DNA of 64,000 nucleotides. It comes from Spirochaetia bacterium. Its GTDB lineage: Bacteria; Spirochaetota; Spirochaetia; CADAEX01. The notes below the pieces were generated by a model. It did no database searches, was not told where the DNA came from, and saw only the letters and a list, made by a program, of their open reading frames with translations. Both the position numbers and the translations under genes were made by a program. The stretch's first letter is position 1. Every line of letters starts with the position of its first letter. This document shows, one piece after another, positions 30,137 to 39,119 of this stretch. The DNA lies in the NCBI GenBank assembly GCA_963662265.2, contig CAXXHA010000032.1:96001-160000 (forward strand). The letters are read 5' to 3'.

Positions 30137-31327
30137 CTAGAATATCATCATGAGAATATTTGCAATAATACCGGCAGTTACACCTGCAAGCAGCTGGATG
30201 TTTATTGCAAGACCGACAAATTTTTCACTTTTGAAGCTTTCCATCATTGCAACATGTGTGCAGAGGAATCCTGCAAAAGTAATACCAATCGCTGTGTATA
30301 CTGCAACATCTCTTGAAACAATAATTCCACTCTTTATAAACTCGGGGATAAGACCGAGAGAAGCACCTACACTTCCGAGAGCTGTTACAGGAAAAGCAAT
30401 AGCTTCAGGATTTGAAAAACCGAAAAGCGGTTTTAAAACAGGAGCTGCAAGCTTGCCGAGCCATGGAATAAGACCGATTCCCTCGTAGGGAAGACCCTGA
30501 TATCCAAGTGAAGGATCTGCAACACCTTTAGTGAGAAGCATTATGAATGTACAGATTACAAGAACAGCAGCAATCAGTGATATACCGAGTTCAACACCAT
30601 ACTGTCCACCTTTAACCCCTGCATCAAGAAATCTCATTGCAAAACTCTTTTTCTGCTCATTGGCAGCCTGATTTTCCTCAGCTTTTTTTTCATTTTCAAT
30701 ATCAGCTTCATCCATGAAATCTTCAGGATTTACAAAATCAGTTCCAAGAGCCTTCTTTGTTTTAATCATCATTACACGGATACCTACAGCGCATCCAAGG
30801 AATGCAGCAATATTACCTACAACAGCCTCTTTAACAAATCCCTGGCCGATAACAAATGTTGTAACAATAAGTCCCATACCAGCGGTTGTTCCGAGAATTG
30901 TAAGACACGGTACCTGATGTTTTCTGAAATAAGATGAGAATTTTCTGTCTTTCATAAGAGGACAGATAGCAGGATTATCAGAAATATAGCTTACAGTAGC
31001 ACCGAGAAAAGACGCCCCGGGTAAACCGTAAAGCGGTTTCATCATGGGTGAAAAAATCTTATCAAGTATTTTAAGAAATTCGAACTCACTGGCAACTCTT
31101 CCCATAGCCCCTGCAATTACAGCAACAGCAAGAATATAAAAAGATGTGCTCATAAGAAGATCATATGCTGTTTTCATCATGGTTGAAAACAAGTTTGCCA
31201 CACCCATTTTTGTTACAAGAGCAGCAAAAAAAGCAGCAACAATGACTGTAAAAATCACAAGACTTTTCATGTCATTAATTTTATTCCGGGAATCATTTTT
31301 AATCCCTGCAACATTTCCAGTTGTCAT
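30137..31327 (-). CDS. Polytopic membrane protein with two Gate (nucleoside-recognition/SpmAB-like) repeats; candidate transporter
   Basis: Repeated motifs FSPMMKPLYGLPG and AAPVLKPLFGFSNP, about 9-10 TM helices. Start at ATG 31327 after AAGGAG. Confidence 0.7.
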   Translation of the reverse strand: MTTGNVAGIKNDSRNKINDMKSLVIFTVIVAAFFAALVTKMGVANLFSTMMKTAYDLLMSTSFYILAVAVIAGAMGRVASEFEFLKILDKIFSPMMKPLYGLPGASFLGATVSYISDNPAICPLMKDRKFSSYFRKHQVPCLTILGTTAGMGLIVTTFVIGQGFVKEAVVGNIAAFLGCAVGIRVMMIKTKKALGTDFVNPEDFMDEADIENEKKAEENQAANEQKKSFAMRFLDAGVKGGQYGVELGISLIAAVLVICTFIMLLTKGVADPSLGYQGLPYEGIGLIPWLGKLAAPVLKPLFGFSNPEAIAFPVTALGSVGASLGLIPEFIKSGIIVSRDVAVYTAIGITFAGFLCTHVAMMESFKSEKFVGLAINIQLLAGVTAGIIANILMMIF

Positions 31328-31366
31328 AAAAAACTCCTTCAATTTAGATCCAGGTATACCTTTAGA

Positions 31367-31450
31367 TATTTTTTTATTTATTTAAAGCACTTTTTTTATA
31401 TATTTAGATCAATTTTTTGTCAATATATTTAAATCAAAATTTTGTTCTAT
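31367..31450 (-). promoter_or_regulatory. Promoter/operator of the hypD operon
   Basis: Minus-strand TTGACA (31423-31418), 17 bp, TATAAA (31400-31395). Near-duplicate of 33462-33520. Confidence 0.75.
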
Positions 31451-31472
31451 TTCGTTATTTTTTTACGCAAAA

Positions 31473-31502
31473 AAAAGGAAAGCCTGATAATGCTTTCCTT
31501 TT
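31473..31502 (-). terminator. Rho-independent terminator of the regulator gene
   Basis: AAAAGGAAAGC-loop-GCTTTCCTTTT with flanking A/T tracts. Confidence 0.6.
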
Positions 31503-31533
31503 CATTTTCACGATTCAATGACTGAATAAGGTA

Positions 31534-32211
31534 TTATTCTTTTGTATATCTTGATTTAACTTCACGAAGATAGGAATATATTGTGTATTTGGTATTTCCC
31601 AGGATATCTGCAAGATATTCTACAGATCCCTTGAGCTGGAAATAACCTTTTTTATCAAGACTGCTGATTATATACATTTTTTCATTTTTCTTTGTTTTAT
31701 CCAGAGGCTTACCGATTTTCTTCTTTACCTCTTCCAGATATTTATTGATCAGATCATCTGCAAAACCTTCGGTTTCTGTAGCAGAGGCATTGTTTTTTGA
31801 ATAAAAATCATATGAACGGGTCTGAATCATGTCTTTAATAAAGCTTTCTGCAATTTCAGCTCGTGTCATATCATAGTTAATACATAAAAAACCTACAATT
31901 TTTCCTTTATCATCTTTTATACATACAGCACTTGCATTGAGTCTTTTACCGTTTTTAGCAATTTCAAAATAATTCGGAACATAGTCAGCATCCTGCAGCG
32001 TTGCTGTTTCAAGAATATAATTACCAAGATCATTCATCGGTTCACCGACTTTTCTTCCTGTTACATGTGGGTTTGCAATTTCCACAAGTGAACACTGGGG
32101 ATTTGATACATCATGAAGCGCTACCTCATAATCAGGCCCGAGTACAACACCAAGTCCTTTGACAATAGGAACAAAAGGTTTCAGAAAAGGATTTATTATT
32201 TTGTCATCCAT
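31534..32211 (-). CDS. PAS_6 + HTH transcriptional regulator (YheO/DauR family)
   Basis: Motifs YEVALHD, HVTGRKVG, GFLCINYD, LDKKGYFQLKGSV and KYTIYSYL. Likely start MDDKII at 32211. Confidence 0.88.
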   Translation of the reverse strand: MDDKIINPFLKPFVPIVKGLGVVLGPDYEVALHDVSNPQCSLVEIANPHVTGRKVGEPMNDLGNYILETATLQDADYVPNYFEIAKNGKRLNASAVCIKDDKGKIVGFLCINYDMTRAEIAESFIKDMIQTRSYDFYSKNNASATETEGFADDLINKYLEEVKKKIGKPLDKTKKNEKMYIISSLDKKGYFQLKGSVEYLADILGNTKYTIYSYLREVKSRYTKE

Positions 32212-32294
32212 AATTACTATTCCCCTGAATAAATATCTTAACTGGGGTAATTGTCCCCTTTCTTGCAAAAACAGTCAATATTTTGATGAAAAAA

Positions 32295-32323
32295 ACTGCA
32301 GAAACACCACGTGTTTCTGCAGT
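32295..32323 (-). terminator. Terminator hairpin after the proline-racemase-family gene
   Basis: ACTGCAGAAACAC-CAC-GTGTTTCTGCAGT, with a minus-strand T tract. Confidence 0.7.
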
Positions 32324-32373
32324 AAACGGATTGAGTAGAAGTATTATATTATTTATTAAAACAATTTTTATAA

Positions 32374-33438
32374 TTATCTTAAAATAAATCCATCTTTGAG
32401 ATTATCTTCAGGATCAAAGAAAAATTCACATTTTCCCGACAAATTCGCAGTTCCTGAAACCTGCGGAACAACAGCCTTATGCGGACCATATTCAGTAACT
32501 TCAGCTACTTTTACCGACATTGTTGTACCGATAATTGATTCAATGACAATTTCTTCATCAAACTCAAGTTCTCCCTTTGCATAATGGAGAGCTGCTCTTG
32601 CACTTACACCGGAACCGGTAGATGATCTGTCAACCTCTCCTTCTGCAAAAACACATACGTTTCTGCTGTGATGACTGCTGTCATGCGGTTTCCCTGTGAT
32701 AATTGTTCCGTACAGAAAGGACAGATCATCAAAGAAAGGATGCTTGATTTCATAATTATCCATTACAGCGTATTTAATCCTTCTTCCATAATCAATAAGC
32801 TTGTCATGATCCTTTTTATCAAGTGAAAGACCCAGATCTTCAGCTTCGACAAAAGCATAAAAAGCTCCGCCGAATGAAATATCAAATTTCACTTCACCAA
32901 TTCCCGGTACATTGACAGTTTTATCTCTCATGTACAGGAAAGAAGGAACATTTAAAAAAGATACTTTTTCAACAATCCCTTTGTCATTTCTGAATGCTTT
33001 TGATCTGATAAGTCCGGGAGGAGCATCAATCACAAGATCCGGATTCTGCTCATCCTTCTTAATCATTCCTGTATCAAGCACAAGCTTTGTAAGTGCAATT
33101 ATCGCATGTCCGCACATGGTGGAATATCCTTCATTATGAAGAAAAAATGTTCCGAAATCAGCGTTTTCACTTATAGGTTCTGTGATAACAGCGCCATACA
33201 TATCTGCATGACCTCTCGGCTCCCACATTGTTCTGGTTCTTATATAATCAAGGTTATCACGGAAATACCTTCTTTTTTCAAGGATATCCTTACCTTTGAT
33301 CTCCGGGAGTCCTCCTGTATATACCCTGAGCGGTTCGCCCCCTGTATGAGCATCCAGTACAGTAATTTTTTCCCATGAATCCGGTGCTTCCCATGAAGCA
33401 AGCGTATCAAGTTTTGCAGAAAAATCTTCACCCATCAT
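32374..33438 (-). CDS. Proline racemase superfamily, Cys/Thr type: probable trans-3-hydroxy-L-proline dehydratase
   Basis: Motifs DAHTGGEP, EPRGHADMYG and MCGH. The second catalytic motif is DRSSTGSG, with Thr in place of the racemase Cys. Confidence 0.85.
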   Translation of the reverse strand: MMGEDFSAKLDTLASWEAPDSWEKITVLDAHTGGEPLRVYTGGLPEIKGKDILEKRRYFRDNLDYIRTRTMWEPRGHADMYGAVITEPISENADFGTFFLHNEGYSTMCGHAIIALTKLVLDTGMIKKDEQNPDLVIDAPPGLIRSKAFRNDKGIVEKVSFLNVPSFLYMRDKTVNVPGIGEVKFDISFGGAFYAFVEAEDLGLSLDKKDHDKLIDYGRRIKYAVMDNYEIKHPFFDDLSFLYGTIITGKPHDSSHHSRNVCVFAEGEVDRSSTGSGVSARAALHYAKGELEFDEEIVIESIIGTTMSVKVAEVTEYGPHKAVVPQVSGTANLSGKCEFFFDPEDNLKDGFILR

Positions 33439-33461
33439 AAGTCTCCTTTCGTATATATAAT

Positions 33462-33520
33462 TATTTTTTTATTTATTTAAGACAATTTTTTTATATATTA
33501 CGAACAATTTATTGTCAATA
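33462..33520 (-). promoter_or_regulatory. Promoter/operator of the 3-hydroxyproline dehydratase gene
   Basis: Minus-strand TTGACA (33518-33513), 17 bp, TATAAA (33495-33490). 52/59 identical to 31367-31425 by manual count. Confidence 0.75.
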
Positions 33521-33663
33521 CAAAAACAGAAAGTACTTTAATTACTAGTCAATATTTTGTTTATTTTTCGCAATTTTTATCAAATTTTTGATATTACAGG
33601 GTTTAATCGTTATTTATTTACTGATATAATCGCGGTGTTCAACTTTCAAAGGAGTAAATAGAT

Positions 33664-35103
33664 ATGGACACTACAGCTACTATAATTACTTTTTTTCTAT
33701 ATTTTGTATTCATGCTTTTCATCGGAATCTATTTCTATAAGAGAAACAGGAATATTGAAGACTATCTTCTGGGAGGGAGATCTCTAGGTAAATGGGTAAC
33801 TGCAATTTCTGCGCAGGCAAGCGATATGAGCGGGTGGCTCCTGATGGGACTTCCGGGCGCAGTTTACCTTTTCGGTTTAAACCAGTGCTGGATTGCTGTG
33901 GGACTTACTATAGGAACATTCCTGAACTGGCATCTTATATCTGAAAAACTAAGAGTTGCAACAGAAAAAACAGAATCAATGACTCTTTCAGGTTTTTTTG
34001 CAAAAAAATACAATGACAAATCAGGTCTTCTCCAGTCAGTTTCTGCTGTAATAATTTTAATCTTCTTTACAATTTATACTTCATCCGGCCTTGTAGGAGC
34101 GGGAAAACTTTTTGAATCAATGTTTGGAATTGATTACAGAAATGCTGTACTTATCGGGTCAGCCGCAATTGTACTCTACACTCTTCTCGGAGGATTCATG
34201 GCAGTCTGCTGGACAGACCTTTTCCAGGGGATGCTTATGTTTGCCGCAATAATCCTGGTTCCGCTCTTTGCAGTGATTAAAGCACCTGAAATGAATGTGC
34301 AGATGACTATCAACAGCAATTATCTTGATATTTTAAATACAGGAGGCGGATCTTTCTCACTGCTTGCACTGTTATCATCAATGGCCTGGGGACTCGGGTA
34401 TTTCGGCCAGCCCCATATATTAACAAGATTTATGAGCGTAAAATCTGTTTCCGAACTTAAGCAATCTAAGATTATTGCAATGGTATGGGTAATAATCTCT
34501 CTTGCAGGGGCAGTTATTATCGGACTCGTTGCAAAACCTTATTTTTCTGCACTTCCTGAAGGAAATCATGAAAAAGTCTTTATTTTCCTTATACAGAAGC
34601 TTTTCAATCCATGGATAAGCGGAATACTGCTTGCAGCAATCCTTGCCGCGATAATGTCGACAATAGATTCACAGCTTCTGGTTTCATCATCAACACTGAC
34701 AGAAGATTTCTACAAATTCTTCATCAGAAAAAATTCTTCCGAAAAAGAACTGATGTGGGTGGGAAGAGGATGTGTCCTTTTAATTGCAGTTATTGCAGTA
34801 TTAATGGCAATGGTTCCGGGAAACACAGTCCTTTCGCTTGTATCATACGCATGGGGGGGACTAGGCGCTTCTTTCGGACCGCTTGTAATTACAGCTCTCT
34901 ATTCCAGAAACATAAGCTGGAAATCAGCGTTTGCAGGTATGACAACAGGAGCTCTTACAGTCATAATATGGAAAAATTTCCCTCTCCTGCCTGTTTATGA
35001 AATAATCCCCGGTTTTATATTTAACTTTGCTGCAATTTATATAGTACAGAAACTTCTTGCTGTCAGGGAAATTGAGGCCAGGGAGTCTGTAACAATAAAA
35101 TAA
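33664..35103 (+). CDS. putP: Sodium/proline symporter
   Basis: Motifs SAQASDMSGWLLMGLPG, WGLGYFGQPHIL and AAIMSTIDSQLL. Confidence 0.93.
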   Translation: MDTTATIITFFLYFVFMLFIGIYFYKRNRNIEDYLLGGRSLGKWVTAISAQASDMSGWLLMGLPGAVYLFGLNQCWIAVGLTIGTFLNWHLISEKLRVATEKTESMTLSGFFAKKYNDKSGLLQSVSAVIILIFFTIYTSSGLVGAGKLFESMFGIDYRNAVLIGSAAIVLYTLLGGFMAVCWTDLFQGMLMFAAIILVPLFAVIKAPEMNVQMTINSNYLDILNTGGGSFSLLALLSSMAWGLGYFGQPHILTRFMSVKSVSELKQSKIIAMVWVIISLAGAVIIGLVAKPYFSALPEGNHEKVFIFLIQKLFNPWISGILLAAILAAIMSTIDSQLLVSSSTLTEDFYKFFIRKNSSEKELMWVGRGCVLLIAVIAVLMAMVPGNTVLSLVSYAWGGLGASFGPLVITALYSRNISWKSAFAGMTTGALTVIIWKNFPLLPVYEIIPGFIFNFAAIYIVQKLLAVREIEARESVTIK

Positions 35104-35127
35104 TTCCTGCTGTTACACTGATTATAA

Positions 35128-35166
35128 CAAGGGAATCTCTAAAACAATATTTCACGAGGTTCCCAT
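35128..35166. repeat. Short palindromic element related to the AAGGGAATCT...AGATTCCCTT family
   Basis: AAGGGAATCTCTAAAA...GAGGTTCCC; similar ends occur near 45015, near 50860 and at 52698-52740. Confidence 0.45.
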
Positions 35167-35169
35167 AAC

Positions 35170-35206
35170 AAAATGCAAAATCCGCTTATGCGGGTTTTTG
35201 CATTTT
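35170..35206 (+). terminator. Terminator of putP
   Basis: AAAATGCAAAATCCGC-TTAT-GCGGGTTTTTGCATTTT. Confidence 0.75.
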
Positions 35207-35494
35207 ATTTCTGACAGCAAGCGTTATCCCCGGATAGGGAACAATGCAGAAAAAAATGTTTTTTTTACTTTTCCCATATTTCTGCCTGAAACAGATGCGT
35301 TACAGCAGTCAGTGAAACCTGACCCTGGAAAAATTATTTCAGACAGGAATATTTTCAACGAAGAATAAATCTTTTTCAGCGGCAGCTTAAGCATTATTTT
35401 TCATATATCATGAGCAGGTAAAACACAAAAATATTTTATCAGCTCATAACGAAGTCTTTACATAAATTATCACTTTCATTACTATGGTTTTAAT

Positions 35495-35929
35495 ATGATT
35501 AATTACGAAATCCGCAACTGCACAACTGAAGATCTACATTCTGTGCATGAAATGATCAGTGCACTTGAAGGGGAAAATCCCGGAATAGAAGAATTCACAG
35601 AAGTTTTCTCCACAAATCTAAATGATAAAAATATTTTTTATATAGTCGCTGAATCAAATGACAAGGTAATTGCCTTTGCAAGCATCCATATACAGATGAT
35701 ACTTCATCATACAGGAAAAGTAGCAGAACTGATGGAAATGTTTGTGGATCCTGATTTCAGGAATAACGGAATCGGTGAGGCACTGTTCTGGAACCTGAAA
35801 GATACTGCCGAAGCATGCGGATGCCGGTATTTTGAAATTTCATCAAACATAGTAAGGGATAAGACAAAGACTTTTTTTGAAAATCTTGGTGTTCAGCTTA
35901 CACATTACAAATTCACAGAACGCCTGTAA
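35495..35929 (+). CDS. GNAT N-acetyltransferase (PhnO-like)
   Basis: Motifs LHHTGKVAELMEMFVDPDFRNNGIG and THYKF. Confidence 0.85.
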   Translation: MINYEIRNCTTEDLHSVHEMISALEGENPGIEEFTEVFSTNLNDKNIFYIVAESNDKVIAFASIHIQMILHHTGKVAELMEMFVDPDFRNNGIGEALFWNLKDTAEACGCRYFEISSNIVRDKTKTFFENLGVQLTHYKFTERL

Positions 35930-36206
35930 TCCGGCATAAGAGAACAGGTTTTTTCTAAATATTATATCTCTTTATGATTATTGACTGATCCATTTCAGAA
36001 ACTTCAGTTACAGTAAATTCACCCCCTCAAACTATCCTTCCCCGGCTACCAGGCACAATAATCCGGATATTTATACATCAGTCAAAGCTTTTATCCGTAT
36101 TATTTTTGTATTTTTTCCTGTTTCTCCTTATTTTATTCACCTTTTACAGGAAATCATATAAATAAAATTATTTACTTATGAACATGCAGGATTTATAATA
36201 TTAATT

Positions 36207-38471
36207 ATGATACAGCACAGACACAAAGATTGGGAAGAAAAGACTGACAAGATCCTTGATACAGCATGGAATGAAGGAAGAGATCAGCTTTTCGAGCACG
36301 AGGTATATGAAATCCTCAACCTGCTGGGAATCAAAACTCCGCATTATAAATTTATCACAGATTCAGAACAGATTACCGGGCAGCTGCTGAACAGCTTCGG
36401 CAGTGAAAGAGTTGTCCTTAAAATAGTATCAGAAAGTGTTATTCATAAGAAGAAACTCGGCGGTGTCCGGATAGTATACAAAGATACAGGACTTGTTAAG
36501 TATTCTCTTGATAAAATGATCAGGGACTTCAGGGACAACAACTTCCCGGTCACAGGGATACTTATTGTTGATTTCATAAATTACTCGGAAGAAATCGGCA
36601 ATGAAATACTCCTGGGGTTAAGAGAGACTCCCTCATTCGGCCCTGTCCTGTCATTCAGCAAGGGGGGCGCAGATGCGGAACACTTTGCATCAAGATATTC
36701 TCCGCCCAACCTTGTTCTCCCCCCTGTTACAATGAAATGGGCAAAAACACTTCTGTCATCAACTGAGATTTACAAAAAATACACAAAAGACAGGCGGGAC
36801 AGCCATATTGAATATATAAACAAGGCGCAGGTAAAATTCAGTGATCTTGCTATTGCTTTTTCAAATTTCTTCCCCTCCAAAAGCAAATATTATCTTAAGG
36901 AATTTGAAATCAATCCCTTTATTTTTGACAGGGAAGATAAATTCCGCGCTATTGACGGATATGCCTCGTTCGGCCTGAAGGGGGAAGACAGAGAAAAACA
37001 TGATGAAGAAAGCTGGAAAACACTTAATCCCTTCTTCTACCCGGAATCAATAGCAGTACTTGGTGTAAGCACATCGGATAATAATAAATCGGGGAATATT
37101 ATAGTAAAAAACCTGATTCGGGCAGGAAGAGAGAAAATATTCTGTGTTAATCCGAGAGGCGGTGAAATAGAAATAAACGGGTTAAACCTGAAAGTATACA
37201 AATCCCTTACTGAAATACCTGAAGATGTGGATTTTGCAATTATTACAGTTCCTGCAAAGGCAGTCCCTGCTTCAATAACAGAATGTGCTGAAAAAAAGGT
37301 AAAGGCAGTGCTTCTTATTCCCGGAGGATTCAGTGAAACAACAGACAGCAGGGATGTGGAAGATGAAATTCTCAAAACTGCACGGGATAACAGCTTCAGG
37401 ATAATGGGCCCCAACTGCCTCGGTATTTACCATTCAGAAGGAAATATCAACACATTTTTCATCCCGGAAAATAAATTCAGCATTAACAAGGATCTGAAAC
37501 AGAATGTCGCAATACTGAGCCAGAGCGGAGCTCTCGGTATTGTGGAAATTCACAACCTGAGAAATTCCGTGAGCCCGAGATCCATAGTAAGTTATGGAAA
37601 CGCACTGGATACAGGCCCCTGCGACCTTGTTTCGTTTTTTGCGGCAGACAGTAAAATAAAGGTAATTGCACTCTATATAGAAGGATTCAAGCAGGGAGAG
37701 GGACGGAGGTTTTTTGATATTGTTTCAAAGATTAAAAAACCTGTTGTTGTCTACAAGGCAGGAAGAACAGAAGCTGGTATGCATGCGACACAGTCCCACA
37801 CCGCAAGCATGTCAGGTGAATATGCAGTTGCAAAAGCTGCAATGAAGCAGGCCGGAATAATTGTTGCAGATTCAATGGCTGACCATACAGGATACATAAA
37901 AACTTTCTCACTGTTCAGCAGTATGTCTGTAAACGGGAAAAGAACAGCGGTAGTTGCCAATGCAGGATATGAAAAAGCCAATGCTGCCGACAATATCGGC
38001 GACCTTGAGGTAGCGGAACTGGATCAGAAAACAGAAAAAAAACTGACAGATATAATACCGGGTTTTGTCAATGCAGAGCCGTTCCTTGACCTCACTCCAA
38101 TGGCAGGAGACAAGGAATACATAGATTCGGTTGAAGTCTTTCTGGAATCCGATAAGGTGGATGCTGTAATGGTTTCCATTATACCCTGCGCAGGACCTCT
38201 TCATACTACAAATGATGAAATTGCATCATATGAAAAAAATATTGCTTCTGAACTGGTCAGAATTGTTAAAAAACATAAAAAACCTGTTGTTGTCTCAATA
38301 GGAGTTGAACCGGGAGATGATCTTTACAGCTCCCTTTCAAAAATCCTTGACTCTGGCGGAGTTCCGACATTCAGCAGCGCCGAGAAGGCAATGAAATACC
38401 TGAATGCTTTTGTCAGATACAAACTGATCAAGGAAAAACATATAATGAGCGAGTGGATCAAAGACGAATAG
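36207..38471 (+). CDS. ADP-forming acetate/acyl-CoA ligase family, beta(ATP-grasp)-alpha fusion
   Basis: N-terminal VLKIVS..IHK..GGV and EFEINP; then PESIAVLGVS, MGPNCLG, SQSGA and QSHTAS (phospho-His). Confidence 0.85.
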   Translation: MIQHRHKDWEEKTDKILDTAWNEGRDQLFEHEVYEILNLLGIKTPHYKFITDSEQITGQLLNSFGSERVVLKIVSESVIHKKKLGGVRIVYKDTGLVKYSLDKMIRDFRDNNFPVTGILIVDFINYSEEIGNEILLGLRETPSFGPVLSFSKGGADAEHFASRYSPPNLVLPPVTMKWAKTLLSSTEIYKKYTKDRRDSHIEYINKAQVKFSDLAIAFSNFFPSKSKYYLKEFEINPFIFDREDKFRAIDGYASFGLKGEDREKHDEESWKTLNPFFYPESIAVLGVSTSDNNKSGNIIVKNLIRAGREKIFCVNPRGGEIEINGLNLKVYKSLTEIPEDVDFAIITVPAKAVPASITECAEKKVKAVLLIPGGFSETTDSRDVEDEILKTARDNSFRIMGPNCLGIYHSEGNINTFFIPENKFSINKDLKQNVAILSQSGALGIVEIHNLRNSVSPRSIVSYGNALDTGPCDLVSFFAADSKIKVIALYIEGFKQGEGRRFFDIVSKIKKPVVVYKAGRTEAGMHATQSHTASMSGEYAVAKAAMKQAGIIVADSMADHTGYIKTFSLFSSMSVNGKRTAVVANAGYEKANAADNIGDLEVAELDQKTEKKLTDIIPGFVNAEPFLDLTPMAGDKEYIDSVEVFLESDKVDAVMVSIIPCAGPLHTTNDEIASYEKNIASELVRIVKKHKKPVVVSIGVEPGDDLYSSLSKILDSGGVPTFSSAEKAMKYLNAFVRYKLIKEKHIMSEWIKDE

Positions 38472-38967
38472 TCTTTGGATGAGTGATCATCTTTGGATAA
38501 ATAATCTTTGGATGAGTAATCATATAAGGGCGAAAATCTTCTGAATGAAAAATCATCCCCGGCTAACAGTCCATGATTGAATAATTACCCCGGCAAGCAA
38601 TTGTCTAAGCTGCAATTAAGCCGGGGATTTTTTATACAATTCAGCATCAGGGTGTTCAGATCTGGCATGAAGTTGAAAACCTGAAATAAACAACCACTTT
38701 GTCACCAGTTCCGGTGGGTACTGATTTGTTGCAAGCTGCGGGTTATTACCCCGCTTATAAGCAGGGGTATTGTCAAATGGGAGTGAGGAGTGGCCGCGTT
38801 GTACAAAAATATTCCCAGGAGAGTAAAGACAAGAAGGCTTAGACCTGAACTGCGAATAAAAAACGCTGGTACAATTATTACAAACAGTTACCCTTTATAC
38901 CATGTCAATTACATTCAGTATTGATTGACGCCGGTTTTAGCTGTATATTATTTTCAGAACAGCATTT

Positions 38968-39087
38968 CAACTGTGAATATCCAAAGAGATATTTCCGAAT
39001 GCATGTTGCCGATAAAAAAACTGATATTTATCAGTTTACAGGCAACTGCGAGGAAGTCTCCAAAAGTAATTTCCGGATGCATATGCT
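38968..39087 (+). repeat. Diverged, inverted copy (about 1.5 units, 78-bp period) of the 77-bp repeat
   Basis: CCAAAGAG..ATTTCCGAATGCA.GTTGCCG...hairpin...AGGCAACTGCGAGGAAG..CCAAA.AG.AATTTCCGGATGCA aligns to the reverse complement of the 19708-20008 unit. Confidence 0.8.
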
Positions 39088-39119
39088 AAAAAAAAACAAT
39101 AATAAGGATTTTTTCAATT

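Noticed and set aside
32374-33438. True proline racemase or hydroxyproline 2-epimerase
   Set aside because: The second catalytic Cys is replaced by Thr (DRSSTG).
38820-38855. SRP RNA (minus strand TCAGGTC)
   Set aside because: The following CGGAAGGAAGCAGC helix 8 motif is absent.
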